Part shown: piece after piece, positions 26,815 through 35,169 of the stretch
Layout of the letters: every line of letters starts with the position of its first letter
How positions within the stretch are numbered: the stretch's first letter is position 1
Assembly (NCBI GenBank): GCA_023898365.1
Contig: CP060219.1
Location: forward strand, 133,743 to 197,742
Length of the DNA: 64,000 bases
Direction of reading: 5' to 3'
DNA from: Candidatus Woesearchaeota archaeon
Lineage (GTDB): Archaea; Nanobdellota; Nanobdellia; Woesearchaeales; GCA-023898365
The notes under the pieces: model-generated
Databases searched by the model: none
What the model saw: only the letters and a program-made list of their open reading frames with translations
Told to the model about the DNA's origin: nothing
Made by a program: the position numbers and the translations under genes

Positions 26815-28008
26815 CTAATACACATAATCCATCAAATATACAACTGCACTATCAGATTGGGGAAACACAGAAAGAAGGGTTATTTCATAGCCGAAGAATT
26901 GTTCTGTTTGACCAATAGTGAGAACATCAGACTGTGAACGACCATAGGCATCAGTTACCCTGAGCACAGCAGAATTATTATTTGTAGCATTAAGCACCAC
27001 TTCATGATCAAGGAAGAACGCAGGTTGGTGTTCGACAAGCGTGACGTTTATCATTTGTGTTGGGGGAGGTAAGAGTTCGTAAGTTAAATCTGCAATTTCT
27101 GCATTATGTTCTAAACCAAGCGCGTCAACGCCAGATAAAGATAAAAGATAAGTTCCCTCGTTTTGATCGCCCCACGGATAACTTTGATCTGCCCATTGGG
27201 TGTACGTGTAGGTTGGCACGGGAAGGGAAAGCGTTCGATAGTAATGGTTGACCCCAATATTTGTTTCTCTTAGTCCATCTACTTGGCCAAAACTTGATTG
27301 CCAAGAAGTATCAAGATAGGTTAATGGTGTTGAGACTTCGTAATTGAACGTGATGTTAACAAGTGCACCAGGAGGTAAGAGAAGTGCAGGTTCTGAAAAT
27401 GGAGGAGTAACTTGGTGAACTTCTCCCGTAACAAAATTGGTGATGCGAACGCGTTGAATCTGCATGAACAATTCGTTTTCTCGAGCATAAAGCCATTCGT
27501 TTACAAAATTGTTTTGAGAATCAATATCCTGCTTATTTAGTAAAGATGCCTCAATATAATAAGAGGAATTTGTTTCGTTGGTAAAGTTGCACACTCCAAG
27601 TTCTTGGAGAACAGTAACCTCATCACCTTGACGAAGTGTTTGAGAAAAGACGAGGTTTGACGTAGTGAGTTCGTCCGATTGCGGGCAGCCACTAATAAGC
27701 TCATAACGAGAACCTGCAGCAATAACTGAAGAACCTACATTTGCGAATTTGATGCGAGCTTGAGGAACGGGATTGGCTGGATCGATTCGGTGATCGAAGT
27801 TAACTGTTTCTATGGCTAAATCATACAGCCTTGTTGGGGCAATTTCTTCCCCACCAGGCAGCCTCGTTTGAGCAGCCACGTCAACACGCAACGCGTTTCC
27901 TGCAAGATTACCGTCTTGTTGTGAAAAGAAAGCTAAGAACACACCTACAAGAGCAACTAGTCCGACAAGACCAACAAATCCAAAAAATGACGAATTATGC
28001 GATATCAT
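26815..28008 (-). CDS. Hypothetical secreted/anchored beta-rich protein, 397 aa
   Basis: N-terminal 'MISHNSSFFGFVGLVGLVALVGVFLAFF' anchor. No family recognised. Confidence 0.65.
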   Translation of the reverse strand: MISHNSSFFGFVGLVGLVALVGVFLAFFSQQDGNLAGNALRVDVAAQTRLPGGEEIAPTRLYDLAIETVNFDHRIDPANPVPQARIKFANVGSSVIAAGSRYELISGCPQSDELTTSNLVFSQTLRQGDEVTVLQELGVCNFTNETNSSYYIEASLLNKQDIDSQNNFVNEWLYARENELFMQIQRVRITNFVTGEVHQVTPPFSEPALLLPPGALVNITFNYEVSTPLTYLDTSWQSSFGQVDGLRETNIGVNHYYRTLSLPVPTYTYTQWADQSYPWGDQNEGTYLLSLSGVDALGLEHNAEIADLTYELLPPPTQMINVTLVEHQPAFFLDHEVVLNATNNNSAVLRVTDAYGRSQSDVLTIGQTEQFFGYEITLLSVFPQSDSAVVYLMDYVY

Positions 28009-28035
28009 AAGCGTTCTCTTCCCGAAGCAATTTAC

Positions 28036-28125
28036 CTAAGATAAGTATAAGACAATGATTGCAACGACCGCAACGACTGCCACAAAACCCACGTAGGCAA
28101 AAAATGACGAATTATGTTCAATCAT
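28036..28125 (-). CDS. 29-aa mini-ORF paralogous to the N-terminus of the downstream 397-aa protein
   Basis: Hand translation gives MIEHNSSFFAYVGFVAVVAVVAIIVLYLS*. The downstream gene begins MISHNSSFFGFVGLVGLVALVGV. Confidence 0.3.
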   Translation of the reverse strand: MIEHNSSFFAYVGFVAVVAVVAIIVLYLS

Positions 28126-28167
28126 AACCACACCCTCTGAAAAACACCTAACCTTTTTTGTTTATAA

Positions 28168-28199
28168 AGGTTTTTATAGAAAGAGGTTTTTATAGAAAG
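28168..28199 (-). repeat. Perfect 16-bp tandem duplication carrying TATA-like boxes
   Basis: AGGTTTTTATAGAAAG occurs twice (28168-28183 and 28184-28199). On the minus strand this reads CTTTCTATAAAAACCT x2. It lies between the leuS stop and the mini-ORF. Confidence 0.85.
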
Positions 28200-28202
28200 T
28201 AA

Positions 28203-31040
28203 TCATTCGACCACTATAGCAGGTTTCAAAGGTAGTGCTTGCGATTTCTTTTGATGAGAAGAATCCTTTGCATGCACAATAGTTGGCACGAGTCCAAATT
28301 CTTCTTTGAAAAGGTTCGTTGCTGTTTGAAGAATTTCTTTATCGTTATCTGCACTACCAAATTCATCAAGAACAAAAGGATTCTTTACCACTTTACCAAT
28401 TGTTGCAATTACTTCTTTGCTATGTGGTTTGTATGCTTCTTGACCCATAAAATGAGAAATAAGATCCTTAGGGTTCATTGTTTGAGCAAGCTTCCTTGCG
28501 AGCTCTGCATAAAAACCATACTTCCACTCATCTGCAATAATAAAGGTGATGCTCGAGGGCGTTTCTATTTTAGCAAGATCAAGCACGGTTCTCGTATCGG
28601 TAATGAGCCGAGAAATCATGTCTTCTGCAGCGTCAAGTAACGCGCCGTTTGCAATTGAAGGAACAACAGGGTATTCGCTTGTACAGACTAGTTCTTTTCG
28701 CCCGAGCAAGGTGCCAAGTTCTTCAGCAAGGTAAGGGGTGAACATACTCATCAAAACACTCCAAGAGGAAAAATAGGTTTTGAGAAGATCAAGGTTGTGT
28801 CCTCCTCGCTTCACATACCACTGCAGGTGTCTTTGCATCTGAAAATAAATGACATCTGTTGCTGTTTTCATTTCGAATGCGAGCATGTGTTGATCAACGT
28901 TTCGAATGGCTTCTTCAAGTTTAAATGAAAGCCATGCATCAAGATGGTTGTTTGGTTGAGATTCTGTACTGAGCAATTCTTCAGCGAACGAATAAATTTT
29001 TTCTAATCGATGTTTATGCTTGGTTATTTCTTCTTCGTCAAAAATGATGTCAACAAAAGGATTTGCGATGTTTGCATAGAACAAGCGAAGCGCGTCAACA
29101 GAGTATTCCTCGCCAACTTCAGCTATTGATTTAGCCCCTTTCTTACTCTTGCTCTTTGAGATTTTTCCGTCCTTGCTTTTCACCCACCAATTGACAAAAA
29201 TACCTCCTGGCTGCATATGCGCAGGAAGAATTGCTGCGTGATTCATCAAGAATACGGGAAAGTGCACTGTTTGATGTTCTTTGCCGCCAAGATTGATATC
29301 TAATGGATAAAAATATTCCACATCTTTGCGAATATCTTGATACCATTCTTTTGCAGGAGTTCCTTTTCCTAAGAAAACATAATCAAAGAATGGTTCATTT
29401 AATTCATCAAGAGAAAGTTTTCCTTCATTGTAATATTTAGAAACTAAATAGTAAATTGGATAAAGTGTCGAGTCAGATATGGGTTCAACAATGTATGATT
29501 CATCAAATGGCAGAGGAGTTCCAAGCCATCTTCCTTGCCTTGCACAAGCCCGATCGGAAAACCATTCCAAAACAGAAGAGAGGTTTTCTTTGAACTGAGC
29601 GGGAAATATAGTCATGTTCTTTGTGAACGATTTTGTTTTCTCAGTTAATTCCTTATCAGAATAGCGAATAAACCATTGGTCGTCTACTCGTTTGATGAAG
29701 ACTTGTTTGCCGCATCGACACAATACTTCTTCTGAAAGATCAAAGAAGATATCTGCTTGACCAGCAGCAATTAAATCAGCCTTCATCTTCTCTTTAGCTT
29801 GATCGACGCGCATACCTGCATAAGGACCGCAGTTCTCGAGCATCACACCCGTATGAAATCCTTTCTTATACACAATTTTTTTTGCTTCATCAAGCTTTTC
29901 GTGATCATGTTGGTTTTGCACGCCAAGTTGTTCACACATTTCTTTTCCGGGAAGAAGTCCAAAGTCAGGTGACTTTATGATTGCAATAGGTTCGATTGCT
30001 TTGATTGTTTCATAATCAAGACCGTGCTCTTTGCAAAGAGCTGCATCATGCTGCAAATCATGAAGGGCGATCCAATCAGCTGGCGCATCACTTGGCACAC
30101 TCGTTACAATGCCTGTTCCGATTGTTGGATCACAAAATGCGGAAGGCAAAATAATGACATCACGATTGACTGCAGGAGCTGTTGCATACGTGCCAAGCAT
30201 TTCTTTACCTGCTAGTTCTCCAACAAGTTCCACGTCATCTTTTTGATGCTGAAGTTTTTCAGCTGCTTCTCGTGAAAGAATCCACGTTTCTGATCCGACG
30301 CGTGCTTTAACATACCTTACGTTTTCGTCAAGCCAGATATTTGTCTGACCATACATGGTTTCAGGACGAAGTGTGGCAACAACAATGAATTGATTTGGTT
30401 CCTTGTAAGCAAGTTTAATTAACGTGTACTCGGTTTTTGTTGCGTTGCCCCCTTTTGAAAGATCCATTTCGCTTGGATCAATAGCAACAGGTCCGTGTTC
30501 CAGACAAACAGGAGAGTAATAGGGTTTTTGCACAAGCAAATTATTTTCTTTTAATTTCAAGAATTGCCATTGAATGAATTTTTGATAATCAGGAAAGGTG
30601 GTAACCGTAAACCGTCTCCAGTCGCCAAGAAAACCATACTCTTGATAATCTTCAATGTACCGCTCAGAAAAGTAGTTTACAAAACCTTCGGGTGTGCTTA
30701 TTGTCTGCACGTCTTCATCAGATAAGCCCATGGCCTTATAATACGCAACCGTATCAGCGTCGCCTTCTTTGACCAGTTGTGCTTTAGCAACAGCCCCGTT
30801 CCCAGAAGCGTGACCTCCCGCGCATAAGAGCACATTGTAGCCTTTAAGACGTTTATATCGGGCAAAAGCATCAGTGTAAGAATAGCCTCGCATATGACCT
30901 ACGTGATGGAATCCTGAAACAGTCAAATACGCCCAAATAATAAAGAACTTAGGTTTTTCTGAGCGATCAGCCTCCCCAAGGGATAATTCCTTGAATTTTG
31001 CCTTCCACTTTTCCTTTGCAGCGCGATGATCGTAAGACAT
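28203..31040 (-). CDS. leuS: Leucyl-tRNA synthetase (archaeal type)
   Basis: 945 aa. HIGH motif 'HVGHMRGY' and KMSKS motif 'KISKSKS'. The CP1 editing region is present. Confidence 0.97.
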   Translation of the reverse strand: MSYDHRAAKEKWKAKFKELSLGEADRSEKPKFFIIWAYLTVSGFHHVGHMRGYSYTDAFARYKRLKGYNVLLCAGGHASGNGAVAKAQLVKEGDADTVAYYKAMGLSDEDVQTISTPEGFVNYFSERYIEDYQEYGFLGDWRRFTVTTFPDYQKFIQWQFLKLKENNLLVQKPYYSPVCLEHGPVAIDPSEMDLSKGGNATKTEYTLIKLAYKEPNQFIVVATLRPETMYGQTNIWLDENVRYVKARVGSETWILSREAAEKLQHQKDDVELVGELAGKEMLGTYATAPAVNRDVIILPSAFCDPTIGTGIVTSVPSDAPADWIALHDLQHDAALCKEHGLDYETIKAIEPIAIIKSPDFGLLPGKEMCEQLGVQNQHDHEKLDEAKKIVYKKGFHTGVMLENCGPYAGMRVDQAKEKMKADLIAAGQADIFFDLSEEVLCRCGKQVFIKRVDDQWFIRYSDKELTEKTKSFTKNMTIFPAQFKENLSSVLEWFSDRACARQGRWLGTPLPFDESYIVEPISDSTLYPIYYLVSKYYNEGKLSLDELNEPFFDYVFLGKGTPAKEWYQDIRKDVEYFYPLDINLGGKEHQTVHFPVFLMNHAAILPAHMQPGGIFVNWWVKSKDGKISKSKSKKGAKSIAEVGEEYSVDALRLFYANIANPFVDIIFDEEEITKHKHRLEKIYSFAEELLSTESQPNNHLDAWLSFKLEEAIRNVDQHMLAFEMKTATDVIYFQMQRHLQWYVKRGGHNLDLLKTYFSSWSVLMSMFTPYLAEELGTLLGRKELVCTSEYPVVPSIANGALLDAAEDMISRLITDTRTVLDLAKIETPSSITFIIADEWKYGFYAELARKLAQTMNPKDLISHFMGQEAYKPHSKEVIATIGKVVKNPFVLDEFGSADNDKEILQTATNLFKEEFGLVPTIVHAKDSSHQKKSQALPLKPAIVVE

Positions 31041-31119
31041 AGTTCAACCCGTAGTTATCTTTCTAGAAGAGGCGCAGGCTCATTTAAATAAGTGTTGGTG
31101 AAGAACTGTTCTAGGAAAT

Positions 31120-32214
31120 TTACTTCCATCCCCAGTTTTTTTGGAACGCTGTTTTGAACGCTTCAAAAGTGTTAGTCTTGATTTCTTCGCGTGAACGATC
31201 CATGAGCCGTTGCATAAAACGAAGGTTGTGGATTTGTTCAAAGCGTTTACCGACAGGATCGCCAATTTTTGAAAGGTGGTAGACATAAGCTTTCGTATAC
31301 TTTTGACACACCAGGCAATCACAGCCTTCTTCAAGTGGAGAAAAATCGAGGCGATACTTTCCTTGGTCAATAGTAAGTGGTCCGGCGAAGGTAAACAGTT
31401 TATGATGCCTGCCAGATTTTGTTGGGTAGATGCTATCAAACATGTCCGCGCCAAGACTGATTGCTTCAAGCACATCAGGCGGAGAACCAAGTCCCATGAC
31501 ATAGCGAGGTTTATGCTCATCAAGCAACGGCAAGCTGATGCGTAGTGCTTGAAACATTTCACTTGAAGGTTCGCCAATAGCAAGGCCGCCAACAGCATTT
31601 CCTGGAAAATCCATCTCGTTTATTGCTTTTGCTGCAAAGGCTCGTAATTCATCTGAAAATCCTCCCTGAACAATGCCAAAGAGTAATTGTTTCGCATCAG
31701 TATGTGCTTTTTTCGCGCGCTGATGCCAGGCAAGCGTTATATCAAGTGCTTTTTTGAAGTCCGCTTCACTCGATCCATATGGCATCATAACATCAAGTGC
31801 CATGGCAATATCGGATCCTAAAGTCATCTCTATGTCCATCATTTTTTCTGGCGTGATTACATGAAGTGATTGATCGTAAGGACTGCGAAAATGTAAGGCG
31901 TTTTTTGATGATTTTTCAAAAAAACCTCTGGACATTTGAAACCCCCCCGAGTCTGTTGCGATAAGACCGTGGAAATTCATAAACTTATGAAGGCCTCCTG
32001 CTTTTTTGATTGCTTCAAGACCTGGACGAAGATACGTAACAAGCGCGTTACAAATTATTGCTTGCTGCGCATTTGCGTTGTAATCATCACTTGTAATTAT
32101 TTTTCCTGTTGCTCGCGTTGCAACTGCCATAAAGAAAGGTGTTTGCATCACGCCACTTCTTGATACGAACTCAAGAACGCGGGCTTTTCCTGAACGTGCA
32201 AGAATTGTTGCCAT
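31120..32214 (-). CDS. tgt: tRNA-guanine transglycosylase, catalytic domain only
   Basis: 'SGVMQTPFFMAVAT', 'LIATDSGGFQMS', Zn site 'CDCLVCQKYTKAYVYHL'. The maximal ORF starts with GTG at 32232; the ATG at 32214 is preferred (364 aa). No C2/PUA extension. Confidence 0.9.
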   Translation of the reverse strand: MATILARSGKARVLEFVSRSGVMQTPFFMAVATRATGKIITSDDYNANAQQAIICNALVTYLRPGLEAIKKAGGLHKFMNFHGLIATDSGGFQMSRGFFEKSSKNALHFRSPYDQSLHVITPEKMMDIEMTLGSDIAMALDVMMPYGSSEADFKKALDITLAWHQRAKKAHTDAKQLLFGIVQGGFSDELRAFAAKAINEMDFPGNAVGGLAIGEPSSEMFQALRISLPLLDEHKPRYVMGLGSPPDVLEAISLGADMFDSIYPTKSGRHHKLFTFAGPLTIDQGKYRLDFSPLEEGCDCLVCQKYTKAYVYHLSKIGDPVGKRFEQIHNLRFMQRLMDRSREEIKTNTFEAFKTAFQKNWGWK

Positions 32215-32266
32215 AAGAAAAAGAGAAAGCACAAGTTATTTTTTAAAATGATGGTTTATTGAAGAT

Positions 32267-33832
32267 TCAATGTTCATTCCTACAATTACTCGAACAACCA
32301 TCACCATCTCTCCAATTGCCATCATCACATTCTTCCGAGTCTTCTCGTATGCCATTACCGCACCATCGCGGCAAGGAAATTGATGAATGAACACAATATA
32401 GCCGATATTCATTTTCACAAGTTTTTTTCTCACCAGTATCAGTCCACTTAAAGTTAGTGCTTGTCGAATCACCTACTATTCCAAGCTGAGAAGATTTGGT
32501 CCAGACATCGCAATTATCTCCAAAGAGAAATCCGTGCCTGAGACCAGTCCACACAAAATCTGAAACTGTATGTCCGTATTCATCATACATGATTGGAAAG
32601 TAAAGATCATAAAGGCCTAAATCTTGAAAACTATCGGCAACAAGGGTTGCGTTTGCACTTTCATTTGCTGAACGGACATAATACTCAACTCCGCTGTCAG
32701 GAATAGCTATATGACTCAACACGCCAACACGAGGCATCGCGCCTAACCAGGCAATCCATGCCCCTTGACCGATTGTTATTCCGTCAGAATTTTTTGCTAA
32801 ATAATTACAAATAGCATCAGCAGCAAGTAGTTCGTTTGCTTCTTCAGGACTATTTATCATGTTCTTTGTGTAGGGATTAATCAAACCAACGGCATAATTT
32901 AAAAACTTCCCTCCTTCATAGATTTGGCTTGTTACAAAAACATTTGAATAATACTTACATTTCGCATTACAATAATCACCACCATTATCAATGCCGTCGT
33001 CGCATTGTTCGCCATATTCTTGCCCGCCTAAAGTCACATTTCCTATTTGAGCATCACCGCAGAAGAGAGGAGAATCAATTCGTACATTGCCACAGGTTGC
33101 GTTGCAGTAATAACAAGCACTGCCATATGGTGGAGGAACGCAGAGTTGACCGTTTCCTGCGCCATCGTCGCATACTTCTCCTGGTTCTGCAAATCCATTT
33201 CCGCAGGACGTGAAGCATTGTGAAATGTCAAGTTGACAATTCGCTGTGCATTGCATCGTCCCTCCTTCATAATATCCTTGCGAGAGGCAAGTTGCGCCTC
33301 CTAAACTTGCACCATCACATTGTTCGCCAGTCTCAATTATGCCATTGCCGCATTCAGCGCCAAGTGCTTGTTCAACTTCTCTTGCGGCAACTTCTGTAAC
33401 GATAGTACCAAGCGCGTCGTATTCTATTCCAGATCCTGAACTTAATAAATAGGTGAAGTTAAGTGTGAGAATTACTGTTGTTCCGGGAGCAAATTCTTTG
33501 TTGAGATCAAATCGTGTTTGACGAGATTCGGAAGGATTAAGAACCAGAGGTGTTGAAAACTCTTGTGTGGCTGATGAAAATTCGAGAATGCGTACACTTG
33601 TTATATTTACCGGACGCGCAACTTCATTTCGAAAGTTTATTGCAAACAAGCCGCTTTCGGTGAGAAGCGCATCTTCACAGGCAAAGGTTGACCCAAGATC
33701 ACAAACCCGTTGCGTAATAACAGTTGGTTCAAATATGGTTGAGGAAAGCAAGAAGCCAACTCCTCCAAGGACTATGAGAAGAGTGAGAGAATAAAAAACA
33801 ATGGTTTCAATTGCCGCAGCACGATGATTCAT
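32267..33832 (-). CDS. Secreted protein with Myxococcus-type cysteine-rich repeats and a C-type-lectin/DUF1554-like module
   Basis: 521 aa. Repeats 'CGNGIIETGEQCDG', 'CGNGFAEPGEVCDDG', 'GEQCDDGIDNGGDYCNAKC', 'CGNGIREDSEECDDGNWRDGDGCSSNC'. Central region 'VFVTSQIYEGG...ADAICN...VWTG...CDVWT...YRLYCV'. Confidence 0.75.
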   Translation of the reverse strand: MNHRAAAIETIVFYSLTLLIVLGGVGFLLSSTIFEPTVITQRVCDLGSTFACEDALLTESGLFAINFRNEVARPVNITSVRILEFSSATQEFSTPLVLNPSESRQTRFDLNKEFAPGTTVILTLNFTYLLSSGSGIEYDALGTIVTEVAAREVEQALGAECGNGIIETGEQCDGASLGGATCLSQGYYEGGTMQCTANCQLDISQCFTSCGNGFAEPGEVCDDGAGNGQLCVPPPYGSACYYCNATCGNVRIDSPLFCGDAQIGNVTLGGQEYGEQCDDGIDNGGDYCNAKCKYYSNVFVTSQIYEGGKFLNYAVGLINPYTKNMINSPEEANELLAADAICNYLAKNSDGITIGQGAWIAWLGAMPRVGVLSHIAIPDSGVEYYVRSANESANATLVADSFQDLGLYDLYFPIMYDEYGHTVSDFVWTGLRHGFLFGDNCDVWTKSSQLGIVGDSTSTNFKWTDTGEKKTCENEYRLYCVHSSISLPRWCGNGIREDSEECDDGNWRDGDGCSSNCRNEH

Positions 33833-34368
33833 TTTAGTTTTTTATCCATTTTTTGAGCAACTGCTGCTAGTTTTGCTACGTTTTCTGTAAAGAGCGGCAG
33901 AACTTGCGAGAATACTTTTTCCATAGCTTTCACTTCTGCGCCAACATTCAAAATGTGCTTGTCGTATTCTGCAACTTTTCCAAGAACAGATTCGTTAAGC
34001 ATTTTTACTTGTGCTTGCACGTCGTTGAGCTGTTGCGAAAGTTTGCTTAGCGTGATTTGTGTTTCGTTTTTCCAATCAATTATTTTGTTAATGTCAGCAA
34101 TGACTTCATTCCATTTTTCATCAATGACCGTTTCGACAAGTTCTTCGACCGCAAGATGTTGACGTTTTGGCGAAGATACATGATCTTGTGGCTGGACTTC
34201 TTGACCAAAGGTTGCATCATTTTGTGTATGGGCAGTTTTAATTTCTGCTCGACTTAATGCGTTGAAGATGTCTGATGATGAGTGACCTTCTTTTTGAAGA
34301 ATTTCAATAATTTGTTGCTTTGTCAGGCCTTGCCCTTGCATATCCTGAATTCTTGTAGTTTGAATCAC
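33829..34368 (-). CDS. Coiled-coil protein with small N-terminal helical domain
   Basis: 179 aa. 'GQGLTKQQIIEILQKEGHSSSDIFNALS' is followed by a long heptad region containing 'VIDEKWNEVIADINKIIDW'. Confidence 0.6.
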   Translation of the reverse strand: MIQTTRIQDMQGQGLTKQQIIEILQKEGHSSSDIFNALSRAEIKTAHTQNDATFGQEVQPQDHVSSPKRQHLAVEELVETVIDEKWNEVIADINKIIDWKNETQITLSKLSQQLNDVQAQVKMLNESVLGKVAEYDKHILNVGAEVKAMEKVFSQVLPLFTENVAKLAAVAQKMDKKLK

Positions 34369-34745
34369 TTTTTCACCTCTTCAAGCTCTTGTCTTGTTAC
34401 AAAGTTCTGTGGTTGCCAAAGATTAATATATGTTTCTATTTCTTTAAGTTCGGGCTGTCTTGCCAAAAACTTCATTTCTGAGCGTAATAGTGCAAGTTCT
34501 GCTTGCATTTCATGCAGTGTTGACTTTATGGCAAGAAGATCTTCTGAAAGGTCTCTTATTTCTCTCACTGCGTCTTTACTTACTTCTCTGAATCGATCGT
34601 CAGTTATTTGGTTTTTTTTGTGGAGCGTTCCATTTCGTTCTTCAAGAAGCTTGATGCGCGTATTAAGGTGAGTTATTTTTTCAGAATAATCTGTTCCCTC
34701 TTGTTTTTTCCCCTTTTCAGGAGGTGGAAAGAGTTCATTTGCCAT
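34365..34745 (-). CDS. Coiled-coil protein
   Basis: 126 aa with a 4-nt overlap with the downstream gene. Heptad-rich, ending 'YINLWQPQNFVTRQELEEVKK'. Confidence 0.6.
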   Translation of the reverse strand: MANELFPPPEKGKKQEGTDYSEKITHLNTRIKLLEERNGTLHKKNQITDDRFREVSKDAVREIRDLSEDLLAIKSTLHEMQAELALLRSEMKFLARQPELKEIETYINLWQPQNFVTRQELEEVKK

Positions 34746-34888
34746 ACGCTATGCCTTTGCAAGTATCATTTATTAAGCTATTGTTTGTTTAGCTCAATTT
34801 ATTGAGTTGTAAGAAACAAAGAATGTAACCTAAAAATATTAACTTTTCAGTAGTAATATTTATAAACAAGATATGAGTTTCTCTTCCT

Positions 34889-35155
34889 ATGAAAGCACTT
34901 ATCATGCTCCCCATCGTTCTTGGCATCATTCTCACTACAGCAATGAGTTTGCAGGAATTTGCAGAATCTTCAAGTGAGAAAGCAATAGATTTTGCAGATG
35001 ATATGAACAACGCATTTAGCTGCGCGGCGCTAGGAAAATCAATCTTTGAGTGCTCACCAGATCTGAAAACCACAGATTTTACCAATGAAACCATCAAAGC
35101 AAAAGAACTCATTGCAGAACTCGAAGAGAATCTCGACGACGCAAACCAATTCTAA
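34889..35155 (+). CDS. Small secreted/anchored acidic protein
   Basis: 88 aa with N-terminal hydrophobic 'MKALIMLPIVLGIILTTAMS'. Confidence 0.4.
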   Translation: MKALIMLPIVLGIILTTAMSLQEFAESSSEKAIDFADDMNNAFSCAALGKSIFECSPDLKTTDFTNETIKAKELIAELEENLDDANQF

Positions 35156-35169
35156 AGTAGTAGTTACGT

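Noticed and set aside
31080-31598. 172-aa minus-strand ORF overlapping tgt.
   Set aside because: It is an alternative frame of the well-supported tgt gene, Leu/Cys/Ser-rich, with no independent signal.
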